DNA from: Epiperipatus broadwayi
Taxonomy: Eukaryota > Animalia > Onychophora
Assembly: GCA_028023455.1 (NCBI GenBank)
Contig: JAQFVV010000002.1
Coordinates: 16,678,001 to 16,742,000, forward strand
Length of the DNA: 64,000 bases
Direction of reading: 5' to 3'
Of this stretch, positions 38,701-50,910 are shown piece by piece. Each line of letters begins with the position of its first letter. Positions within the stretch are counted from its first letter, which is position 1. The notes beneath the pieces were generated by a model. It was not told the DNA's origin, made no database searches, and saw nothing but the letters and a program-made list of their open reading frames with translations. The position numbers and the translations under genes are program-made.

Positions 38701-40151
38701 AATTAGTTTCTCGACAGCCTTGATAATATTTGTCAAATGAGTTTATCATTAGTTTTAAAGTTATTTCATGCTGAAAAAATAAATCTATGGTATATCCATA
38801 GAAATCACAAACCTGGTTGATTATTTTAAAATGGAATTTATTGTACCATACTTTTGGAATATATCACTATGAGAATACAATTGTTCTATATTTTGCTATT
38901 TTTTTAAAAAACTTACTTTCAATCTAAGAGACTATGATTATGAAGTAACAGAACTCTGAAAGCGCTTAGTCTGCAGAAATTATGATATTGAAAGCCTACA
39001 GAAATTATTATATAGAAAAGTTTCATCACAACGTATCAGCATGTTATTAATTTCAATTTTTTTTTTAAGTTTACACACTATATACTTTCATTTTTATTCT
39101 TACAGTATAAAATCTTGAGTTTCCCTTCTTTTGGCTTCCAATTTTTGTTCACTGGGTATGTCAACATAACCTTGTGATTTTGTGCAGCTAAAGATCTGTG
39201 GCTTTGTCACTTGTGGTGACAAACTTTTTGTGAAATCCCAGGCAATATACCATTTGAACATTATTTTTGAACAATATAATATTACTATTATCATAAGCTT
39301 AATACCTTGTATTCTAGATTTATGCTATTTTTTATGATTTTTGATGTTATTTTCTTTCTGTCATCATATGCTATTAATGTTGAGCTGAATGCTTTGTATT
39401 TCCTTTATTTTGACTTTTTTTTATTACTGTTTTTTTTCTTTCATTAGTTATCATTTTATTTTCTTTGATAATCAATACTTTGTGATTTTTATTGACATTC
39501 TCTTACTTGGTCTTATATTCCACAATAGAAAATATTTTTATTTGCTGTAAGGCCTTCACTTTCATTTATTTTTATTTTGACTTGTCATGTGAAAACATTT
39601 TTAAATGAGCTCTGATTTTGTTGTGCCTGCTGCCTTTCCTTTTTTATATTTTCCAATCGGATGTTTTTTATTTTACTTATTTTATAGCTGTATTATTATG
39701 AGATTGTATTCATCAAAGAATTCCAACTAAATCATCAAAAAAACTAAAAACAAGAATGAGAATGAAAACAATATGGTATCATTATTAATAAAATATGCTT
39801 AAATTAAATATATATACATAAAGATTTATAAAATCTCATATTTTAATTCATACTTTTTATTACATCATGACATTCAATTAACAAATGTTACAAATCTCTA
39901 AATTTTTTTGTTTTGCTATATTTTATAAAAATACAATTTGTATACTTTATTTCAAGCATTTTATAACAAAAAATTTAAATTATATATATACATACACATA
40001 ATTTAACGTTTTGACTATCCACTGTCTTTCTCAGAATTATGATATAATTATAAATAAAACACCTAAATAATATAATAAATGTAATTTAAAAAATCTATAA
40101 CAACAAGATTAAAACAATACATGTTAAATATAAGTAAACGATACAGACATA

Positions 40152-41060
40152 TTGACAGCAAAGCTTTATTAGTGCAGACAATTATGAAGTGCTTAGCATA
40201 CTTTTCGACTGGATTGTCATAGACATAGCAATGAACGTAATCGAATTGGGAGGGTATATTTTAAATAGTCCAGAACAAGTAAAATAATTTGCATATTAAG
40301 TGAGCCATTTCATGGAGGGAAATGCAGGATTTTTTTTGATTGGTGTTTAATACCAGATATGCCAAGCCTCCTTCACTTTACACTTAGAACTAAGACCGAA
40401 TTTAAAGAAATGATTGAAAAAGATGGAATTTGCAACAGTAAGAATTTTAGCTTAGTCGTAAAGATTTATGTTGACTAAGTGGGCTCCCTGTAATAAACAG
40501 ATTGGCAAGAAGTATTTTGACATTTAATTTTGAAAACAATCTGAGCATAAAGATCTGGAGGCAGTTTATCTTCAGAGATTGATTAAATGATGCAATGGTG
40601 TAGGAATATGGAGAGCAGTTTGATGGGTGGAAGATTGTTTTACTAATTAGATGGAAGATTTTAGGTAAGAGAAGATATAACCAGGGCTTGTCATAAATAG
40701 CATGAATAAATGACAAGTCATTGAATCCAACAATGTGCAGCTATTACACATATATCGGTTATTTTTTTCCAGTCAGACTCAAATTTGTGTAGAAATGCTT
40801 TAGCCCTGTGAATTTGTATGCCATTGCCATAAGCAGCTTTGGTTGTATGAAGCCACATACAAGAGGTTTAACAATTTTATAATTTAGTATGCTGTGTCGC
40901 ATTGAATGTATAAATTGAGAAATTTTATGCCATTAAAACTATCTTTTTTCTTCGGTCCATTTTAAAGAGGTGGTGAGTGCTAGGTCCTGCTGGATCTGAT
41001 TGATGAGTGTCGGAGACAGAAATGAGTATGTAAGGGTAACTTAAAATCTTGTTAAATACC
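40152..41060 (-). mobile_element. 5'-truncated LINE (L1/Tx1-like) fragment
   Basis: 40152-40783 is homologous to 44743-45331. Relic reading frames include SEGGLAYL (cf. KGGLGL after RT) and SLKWTEEK. Confidence 0.55.
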
Positions 41061-41214
41061 CTTATTTTTGTACAATAACTAAACATAAACTGGAAAATAT
41101 AATTGTAAATTTATAAATAGTATATATTTTATTTTAATTTCCTTTAAATACACACACACATATATATATGTAATAATATTATAATTCAATGTCTGTATTT
41201 CTTCAAAGCAATAT

Positions 41215-41600
41215 ATATATAATTGAATATTTATAAATACAGTAATCAGATATATTTTAAAAATTTTAATCACTTAGAAGTGCTTTCGACTATCCTCATA
41301 GTCTTTGTCAACACTTTGAAAGACTAACCTTCCCACAAAGACTACAAGGATAGTCAAAAGCATTTCTAAGTGGATAAAATTTTTAAAATATATCTGATTA
41401 CTGTATTTATAAATATTCAATTATATAACTACACACACATATGTATATAACTTACATGTTAAACTATAAAATTTTAACTCATTTCTAAGTGAATAAAAAT
41501 TTTAAAATATATCTGATTACTGTATTTATAAATATTCAATTATATAACTACACACACATATGTATATAACTTACATGTTAAACTATAAAATCTTAACTCA
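41215..41600. repeat. Foldback (arms 41215-41308 / 41335-41427) with HHR relic F6, followed by a 2 x 119-bp tandem repeat (41361-41600)
   Basis: - arm: gtg TTGACAA A GACTA TGAGGA TAGTC GAAA GCAC TT CTAAG. + arm: ACAA A GACTA CAAGGA TAGTC AAAA GCAT TT CTAAG. catttctaagtg recurs at 41361 and 41480. Confidence 0.8.
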
Positions 41601-42199
41601 AATGAGTACGTTTTAATAAAATTAAATATTAAAATGATTATTTTTCAATCATTTGTATATATATAACATTTATTAAGTTAACTAACATCACTAATCAAGA
41701 CATAAAACTTAGATGTAACCTTCAAGTCAAAGTCGTATCTTAGCAACTAAACACGAAAGAAATGAAATCAGAATTCATTTATAACATTATCAATTATTAA
41801 TACTTTCAACAATGATAGAATACAAAATCGTGAAATTAAATAGTAAATTTAATACATGCTACTGGAAGTCGATGCTATTATAAAAGCTAAAGCAAATAAT
41901 TTCCAAATTAATTCTATCTTTTATAAATTAGTTACTATGCTTAATGATTTTACCGTGTTCAAATTCCAAACACATTAAAAAGAGATCAATAGTTTAAACA
42001 AATTTTCCTTATTTATGAAATCTTCCAGAAAAGAAAACTTTAAAATCACTCAAGGAAAGAGTAAATAAATTATTCTTTAGTATTAATAATAATCATTTCA
42101 AAAACAAGATTATCTTTAATAGAGTAATTAGAAAAATTCTTAGCCTGATCATTCTAAACTTGAACTTTAAAGAAGATAAATATATTAAAAAACATTTAT

Positions 42200-44560
42200 A
42201 TTCAAATAAACTTTTAAGATTTAAAGTTATTTAAAATGCATTATGAGTACACACAATTTGTCTTAGGATCCAATGCTTTTATCTTAACTTAAAGCAGTGT
42301 AATTACTTATTCTTACTGAAATGCCTAAAGTATATCTATATAATTCAAAATGCAATTTCAATTTATATGGAAATAATTTATGGAAGATGTCAATTGCCTG
42401 ACCAATGATTGATGACCAGGGAATAAAGAACTTTATTCTTAATGAAAATTACTTCGCAAATTACGGAAATGAATAGGACAATACCATAGACTTTTAATAC
42501 ATCACATCATCTTTGTGTATCATCATCTATGAATATCTAATTTTATTTCCTTTGCTTCTAAAATCTATTTATGTCGGATAATCAGTTTGGAAAATCATCA
42601 GATGAAAAGAAATTGAAAAAATCACTGGGTTAAATATTTTTTTTATTTAATAAAATTTAGGCCTTGGTAAGAATTATTGTTATTCATATTTAATTGACAT
42701 GACAGAATTCTGTGTACAAATGATTAATATCCTTGAATGAATGGATTATTCTTTCAATATTAGGGACCATACATAGATAGAGGGGTTTTATAAAATGGAA
42801 TCCCCTCAAAAGGATTTGATAATACAAAATTTTTTATTTATATCGTGTAAATTAAATTTAGCTAGTTAATACTATTATAATTTTTTGAAATTATAAGATT
42901 TCATCTATTGTTTTATAACTGTTTAAATATTGTTATAATACATATCTACTATAGAGGAAGTATCATTTTAAACTTATGTATTAATATAGTAGAGATGTAT
43001 GAAAAGCACTCATAATTATAAATGTTGATATACATAAAGATAAATCCAAATTGTTATCAGTTAATAAATGTTAAAGTTTGTTTTTATTTTAAGAAAGTCT
43101 GATTTATTTAAGTTATTTTCATAATAATATAAAATAAGATTAGATACTCATACCTATAAATATATAAACCTAATTTGATATCATATAAATTGGTTGAAAG
43201 TAATTTTGAAAATCTATTGATTGAAGTTATATTAAATAATTTTATTACTATAGGATATTAATGGAATCCATGAAGAGTTAATTGCAAATTCCATCTTGAG
43301 TTTGAATACTGAGCATAATGGAGTAATCAAGAGATGAAGATTGGATGAATTGATCTAAATTGTATCTATAATAAATATTTAGATATTAAATTATCTTATT
43401 TGAAATAGATGTAATCATAATCTATTTTTTATTATATATGAAGACCCCAAGTCTGACTATAGTTAGATGCATTCACCTACATTCCTTAAGGGAATCTGAA
43501 CCATTACAAGTATAACAATGTAGGGTACAAAGTAAAGTATTTCGGTGGAATAATTTCTTCAAATTTATTAAGAAATATACTGAAAATGATACCACTTATG
43601 GAAAGGTCCATAGGCTAACCTTCCTCCTTTTTATAATTACCTTATTAAAGGAATCCAATGACAATGATAAAAGCATTTTTCTGAGCATTAGTCACTTGTT
43701 CCAAGACTTGTTTAATAATTTGGATAGTGACTGCATGAGGAATAGCCATACAGTTCAGTAATGTCAAGTGGAGAGTCATGGTTAGGGAGCCGTAACATTT
43801 TTAATTTTGACACATTCAAATAGACAACTATGAATTTGCCAATGCCAAATTAATCTATTACTCACTGACCTATCATTTTTGCTGTTTTGAAATAGTAGAC
43901 TCCACCAAAATTGATCATAAATCATAATGAGCAGTCTGTTTTATGAAGTTTAATATTGACAAATAATCTAGTAGTCAGATGGATAAATGTTGTAGTATTT
44001 GCATTTAGATAATGCTTTGTTACAAAATTTACAGAGAATAGTAGCTGTAAATTTTTTTTAAGGTTGTAAGAATTAAATGGTTTGAATTTTAGAATGTCAT
44101 TAACTAGAAAGTATTGTTTGGTGGCAGTTACTTAATGTGTTTAGAAGCAGCAATTGGCACGAATTGGCCAATAATAATTTTCATTGTGGGTTATCATAAA
44201 ATGTTTTGATGTCAGATGCCACTTCTCTAATTCGGTATTGCCATGTACTGCCACCATAACATGAAAAAGGTTGAGAATATGGGCAGAGTGAATGTTGATA
44301 AATTAACAAAATTATAGTTGAAAGCAGGTGCAAATTTTACTCGTTTATTAGCAAGAAATATTGGTATATTTAGCCTGTAGGTCGAGGGCCAACACTCGGT
44401 ATTTATCATACATCTCCAGAAAATCCAAGAAATGCTGCATGTTTTGACATCTACATCTTTTCAAGTCTCTCTTGCAACCCTTAATATTTTTAAGCAGTGA
44501 TTTGAGCTGTAATGTAATTTTATCTGTTGTAAATAGAATGTGCAATGTAAACATGGCAGC
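42200..44560 (-). mobile_element. Near full-length decayed Penelope-like element
   Basis: Collinear on -: N-terminal CKRDLKRCRCQNMQHFLDFL; RT DITELYG..PH and EG*PMDLSISGII..IFLNKFE; MEFAINSS; GIY-YIG-like GIVLF...IGQ at about 42.4 kb. Confidence 0.7.
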
Positions 44561-44742
44561 TGTTAGGAAAAATTTTATGTGTATAGCAATATTTCTAAAA
44601 ATTTAATTTTCTTTTGTATTGACTTGAAAGTTTTAAATACGGTCTTATGTTTTTGATGGGGATCCATTTTGTGAAAATGTAAAAGTAACAATTTTAAATA
44701 CTTTATCTCCTAAACTGTAATATAAGTAAATGATACAATGTG

Positions 44743-45331
44743 TTGACAGCAAAACTTTATTAGTGCAGACAATTATGAAATGCTTTCAAACTGGATTCAG
44801 TCATAGACATAGCAATGAATGTAATCGAATTGGGATATTTTAAGTAGTCAGAGAACAAGTGAAATAATTTGCATATTGTTTGCATTATAAATTAAATAGA
44901 GTGAGCAATTTCCTGGAGGGTAATGCAGGATTCTTTTCAATTGATCGCATGCTTATTCTCAGAGATGTGCAAGCTTCCTTGACTTTACCTTTAGCATCAT
45001 TGCACTCAGTGCAAACTATGCTAACAGACATAGGCTTGAACCTGTGACTGAATTTAAAGAAATGGTTGAAAAAGATGGAATTTGCACCAGTGCATGGTGC
45101 TAAAGATATTTATGTTGAGTTAAATAGTTGGATCGGGACTCCCCATAATAAACAGAATAGTAAGAAGTATTTTGAATTTAATTTTGTAACAATATGAGCA
45201 TGAAGATCTGGAGGCAGTTAATCTTTTGAGATACACCCAAAGTCGCTTATACCAATAGCACACAAATTTGCAGGGTTCAAAGAATTCTTACACAGAAACC
45301 TCCACTTCTGTAAATTTGAGTCAGACTCAAA
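44743..45331 (-). mobile_element. Second copy of the 40.15-40.78 kb LINE fragment
   Basis: Collinear homology from ttgacagcaaa...tagtgcagacaattatgaa to agtcagactcaaa. Confidence 0.7.
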
Positions 45332-46600
45332 AAATATCAAAACATATATATCAGTGCTACACAGTATTGGATTCAATGACCCATCTTTATTTATCCCTAG
45401 CAACTCAATTCCGCAAGGCTCACCACTTAGTTCGTTTTTTGTCACCTACATTAACCCATTGTTAATGGAGATTGAAAGAGAGCTCCCGGGAATAGAGGTT
45501 CCAGTACTCGGAGAACCGGTTAGACATAAATCTTATATGGATAATCAAAGAAATACCTCCTGTCATTAATTACTATCCTAGAAAATTATACAACTCAATT
45601 TGGGCTCAAATTCAATTTGAAAAATCCTCTACATGGAAATTATTAAATGGCGCAAGTATTGTCAAAATTTACTGCTTCACCCCGTAGTTTTCTTCCTATA
45701 TACAAATCTACAAGCATGATGAGAATGGCAATACAAAACTCCATAATTGCAACTACAGAAAAAATAATCCAACAACCTTTCATTACATGCAAAAATATCA
45801 CTGATCAACATATTAATATTCCCAAAGATAAACTACTATTTGCCAGTGATCAAAGTTACAAACGCTTTTAATAAAAAAATATATTCATTTTGTATGAAAC
45901 TTCTCTGGAACAAAAGAGTGGTAGCATTGAGTATTAAAAACCTACAGCACTCCAAAAACAAGACTTTCACTCCACTCAATCCATAATTCTACTTTCAAAA
46001 GGCTTACAACAATGTGGTGAAATTGATGTACAATTACCCAAACATTAAAAAATTTCTGTCAACCCAATAGATACCCCACCACCAAAAAGTTTATTAGCAC
46101 AACTATAAATTTTATAGCTTCTTGGAATACCACCAATAATCAATCATTCACAACAAAGATTAAATACTGGGAAGTCTATGAAATGATAAACAACTCCTTC
46201 CAAATTTCACAATCTTCCACAAATCTAAATACAACTAATAAATTTTTAATTAAAAGATTCGGACACTGGCATCTAGAACCAAAGTACTTGGATTTCCTCA
46301 TTAAAATTAATTTATCAGCTCTTCCCACTAATTATTTTCTATCACAAAAAAGATTCATTACAAAAGTTGATCCAATGTGTCAGCTGTCACAAAGATGAGA
46401 CTACAGATCATGTCTTGCTACAGTCCTGTACTATAAATCTATAGGAATATCATAGTTAGAAACACAGCTCAAAATATCAGCCATAGTATCACTGCCAGAA
46501 GGAATGGAAAAAGGCATATTCCTATTAATAAGAAATTTCAACATTTCTAACCACTGGTGAATTAGGTGCAAAATGTGTTTTAACAGTGTCAGGTTGCACG
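45332..46600 (+). mobile_element. L1/Tx1-like LINE ORF2 relic (RT C-terminal half and CCHC zinc knuckle)
   Basis: SIPQGSPLSSFFVTYINPLL...HKSYMD, FGLKFN, and C-terminal MCQL(C)HKDETTDHVLLQSC. Confidence 0.75.
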
Positions 46601-49600
46601 AGATGTTTTATAAGAAACTAAAAAAAATTAGGATCAGAGATCAGACAATTGTTCCATAATACCTGGTGCAGGCAACATGGGCTCTGTTCAATACTGAGTG
46701 AAAGGGGGACACAACAAGTGAGCCAGTTCTTGTAAATAATGCGAGCAAAACATTACCGAACTCAATTAAATAGTTCTAGATTGATAAAAGTGACTAGTGC
46801 GGTCTCTTTGGGCTGTTCATGAGACAGAGTTTTTTTTTAAAAAAATTAAAAGTAACTGCTTGGATATTAAATTGGTTTTTGTATATGACATCTTTGTTTT
46901 GACTATATCCAAAATAATATAAAATTTTTATCCATTTTTATTTTTCTCAACAATAAAGTATATATTATTTTAAAACCAATATAATATATTGTCTCTGCAT
47001 CATTTAATGCAGGGCTAGAATAGCAGATTCTGTAACTCAAAACTCAGACGATTGCCTCACTGTAATTTGCAAGGCGCAAGCACCAGAATAACATGTTTAA
47101 ATCCAGTTGTTTAGTTCTCGATTCATTTACTCTAGCCACACAAGGCTTATATTACTATACAGTGCTTGCATTATTTTTTAAATCTGGATGTACACTTGAT
47201 ATGTAGAATGTTTTAAAAATCACTATCGATTTTACAAAATAAAATATAATTTCAAAAAACGACATATTTTTCATATCAATTTTAAACAAGCATATATTTC
47301 CATTATTCAAAAATGTTTGTTTAATCATTACTTTTCAGTATCACATCATTTATGAACATGTTTACGTTAATGACTTGTAGAGTCAAAGGTGAAAAATAAA
47401 TTTTTTTAAAAATAAGACGTTCTAGAAACAAAATTTTTGCAAATTATTAGAAAATTAAAAAAAACAAACAATGTGTGTGAATGACTGGATGACTATCTAA
47501 TCCACCCTCCCCCCCCTAACGAATCTACATAGGACAATAAAGAATATGCACAATTATCAGTTTCTAAGATATCTAGTAAAGTAAGCATTCAAAAAGTTTC
47601 CTAAACTTTTACATTTGACCATTTAGAGAAACAATGTGTGCCAAATTTATTGATCAAAAACAATGGATAAAATTATTGCTTAATGAAATCAAAACCAAAG
47701 TGATTGTGTGGTTTAGTATAATAAAACTAAGAAATTATAGGCTTTTCTTTTTTTTGGAGAAATGGCAAAATTTACAATGATAACTCCAACAATTCCTTAA
47801 ACTCATTTACAAATTTTTGGTGATAAAATCTTTCAGGAGGCAAGAACACCATACTATTATGCTACAATTATTAGATTACTTCAAATATAATTTATTCAAT
47901 CAGTGGGTTCGATATGTGGGATCTGTAGACAAGGTAGTGGATCCCAATTTAATAATATCTGTATATCCCCCCCCCCCGTTCCATTAATTTGAAAGTTTAC
48001 TATATAAGTGAGAAATACCAAATCTTCAAAACTATATAATGAAAAAAATTCAATAATTAAATGTTCTAGGGATTAATGGTGTATGTAAAAAATAATAATA
48101 ATTAAACTTGACTTGCTTTATTACCCATATTTAAAAAATAATTATTTGTACTTTATTGAACATAAAATCATAGCAATAAAATGTTTTTTTAAACTTTATT
48201 AGATAGTGATTTTTGGTACACTTTATGTATAAACACAAGCCATCTAGTTGCAAGTAAAGTTCAATGTAATATAATACAAAAAAAAAACTATATCTTAAAA
48301 AAATTTAAAAAGATCATAAAAATCATAACTTTCTAAAATAAACAGACAGAATAAACAATGGTATGGATTTATTTTGCTTTTTTAAATACAATAAATGAAT
48401 ATTAAATAATTTAAATTAAAGCAGAAAAAATAAATTATAAGAACTTTATTAACAATCTTGCATTTATAAAAATATCATCCAACTTCTATAAATAATTCAG
48501 CAAAACTTAGACGTCCAAAAATAATTATTCATAATTATTAATCTGTTGTTGTTACTTTACATGCAGAAATGACATCATTATATGTATTTTTTTATTTTTA
48601 TTTTTAAAAAAAAACGTGATTCAAAACAAGAAACAAACCATTGCCATTTAACTTTTGAACTTACCACCCCACCCTGAATAGACACTTTTTCTCATAGTTA
48701 CATTTTTTAAAAACAAAGCAGTGGCTAGAAGAGAGAGGGAAAAACCTATTTTATACTAGCAAAATGTATCAAAATAATCAAATATTTCAGAACTAAAATA
48801 TATATTACATAGGATTTACAAAAATAACTTTCCATAATTTATATACATACTTACATACATATATAAATACAGATTCATAATTACACAGCTTAATTTCATT
48901 GTTTTTTTTTTTTTTTTCATTTAAAAAAAAAAGAAAAAATCATATCAAACAAATAATGAATGGAATGTTGGGCCTAAAGGATATAAAGTAGAAATTATAA
49001 TTCTTTACAATTACCGTATCATATAAATGAGAAGCCTATCCAAAATATAAACAATAAAAGTACTTGTAAAATATACTTGTAAAACTTACTAGTCAATTTT
49101 TAGATACTTTAATTTCATTCCAAAAAGATCTCTCTCTGAAAACAAATACTATTAACTTTTCATATTTTCTATTGCACTTTTTTTTTTGAGGAAATTTTTT
49201 GTATTTTTTTAAAAATTTGAATCAATAAATACCCAAACTTTTTTTTGGATATCATTTACATATTAAATATTTCTAAATATGATTGGTTTACAAATCTCAT
49301 ATAATTATTCACAAAAAAATTTAAACTTATTCGATAATTTTTTTCCATCTATTTATTACCTTGTCCATAAATAATAAGAAGTTGCTTCAAGTAATAACAA
49401 AAAATAATGTCCATTGTACTTGAATTGACTTCATTAATAATTTAAAAATAAATTAATATTCTATTATTTATATTAATACATATTTCTACATTAAACATTA
49501 GAAAATGAAACTAGAAATTATTTTGCAATGTATATTTTAAAATAAAGAATATGAAAAAAGTCAAATAATAAATATTTATTTATACATTTGGTGGCTTATC

Positions 49601-50139
49601 AAACAAAATATCTGTATATATATATATTTGGTATATTATTAAAATACAAAAATGAGCCATTGTAATTAGATAAATCATATTCTAATAAGACTAACAAACA
49701 ATATATGTTATCAAAATATGAATTGTTAAACAAAAAAAATATTAAAAAACTTAAGTTACATGACAGTTGAAATACAATTAATATAATGACTAAGTTTTGA
49801 TTTATATTCACTATAATTTGATATAAGTATTTAATGTTCAAATGAAAATTACATAGTATTCATATTTTTTGTGAAAAAATATATCTTGCTTTAAAAATTT
49901 TTTTTTACTTCATAGAATAAATATGAATAAGATATTTTTAGATATTTACTAAGTTGATATTTATATGTTCATATCTGCAAATGTAAACATGCATATTCAT
50001 ATATAATTCTTTATAAACCAGAAAATTGGCAAAGTAGATAGAAATTGCAAAATGTTTAAACGTTTTTGTTAAAATTTTAAATATAAATATATAAATTAAA
50101 TAAACGTAAACATTACAAGCTAAAGCTAAACTAGTCAAT

Positions 50140-50910
50140 AAATAATTAAAATTACCCCAAATACAAAACTCAAACAGACCAGCCAAGAAAAAATAAAATC
50201 AAAAACACAAACAATGGTTTCACTGCTACAAGCAGACTTTTCAAGTATAAAGAACTACAAAACAACACCATATTTATATTAAACATTACCCACAAATCCA
50301 TTTACTTTCCATTTACTCTTAATATTAAAAAAACTTTTAAATAAGTTAATTGCTTCAGAATAATACATTTTCAATAATAAAGATTCTTTAATTCTTCTTT
50401 ACATTTCATTTCACTCAAAGAAGATAACCTTAGCTTCATCAAAATTAATAGTGTGGTGTGTATCTTTTTCATGGACATACAAAGCAGAACTAAGATATTT
50501 ATTTCTAATCCTATTTTTATGAACCTTTATTAGGTCAGAGTAGTTTGAGTTTAAATAAAAGAATAAAGATTCATAAAAGTAGGGTTAGAAATAAATATCT
50601 TAGTTCTGCTTTGTACGTACATGAAAAAGATTTAAGGCCACACTATTAATTTTGATGAAGCTAATGTTGTCTTCTTTGAGAGAAATGAAATAAAGAGAAG
50701 AATTAAAGAATCTTTATTATTGAAAATTTATTATTCTGAAGCAATTAACTTATTTAAAAGTTCTTTTAATATATAAATATAATGTTGTTTTGTAGTTCTT
50801 TACACTTGAGAAGTTTGCTTGTAGCAATGAAACCATTGGTTGTGTTTTTGATTTTATTTTTTCTTGGCTAGTCTGGTTGAGTTTTGGATTTGGGCTAATT
50901 TTAATAATTT
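50140..50910. mobile_element. PLE 3'-end foldback (arms 50140-50531 / 50562-50910) with HHR motif F7 in each arm
   Basis: The + arm reads ALYVHEKD..HTINFDEANVVFFERNEIKRRIKESLLLK (GIY-YIG C-terminus). HHR motifs at 50802-50845 (+) and 50205-50248 (-). Confidence 0.88.

Noticed and set aside
40995-41035. TTGATGA GTGTC GGA GACA GAAA as a hammerhead
   Set aside because: It is antisense to an open LINE reading frame and lacks helix I, so it is probably coincidental.
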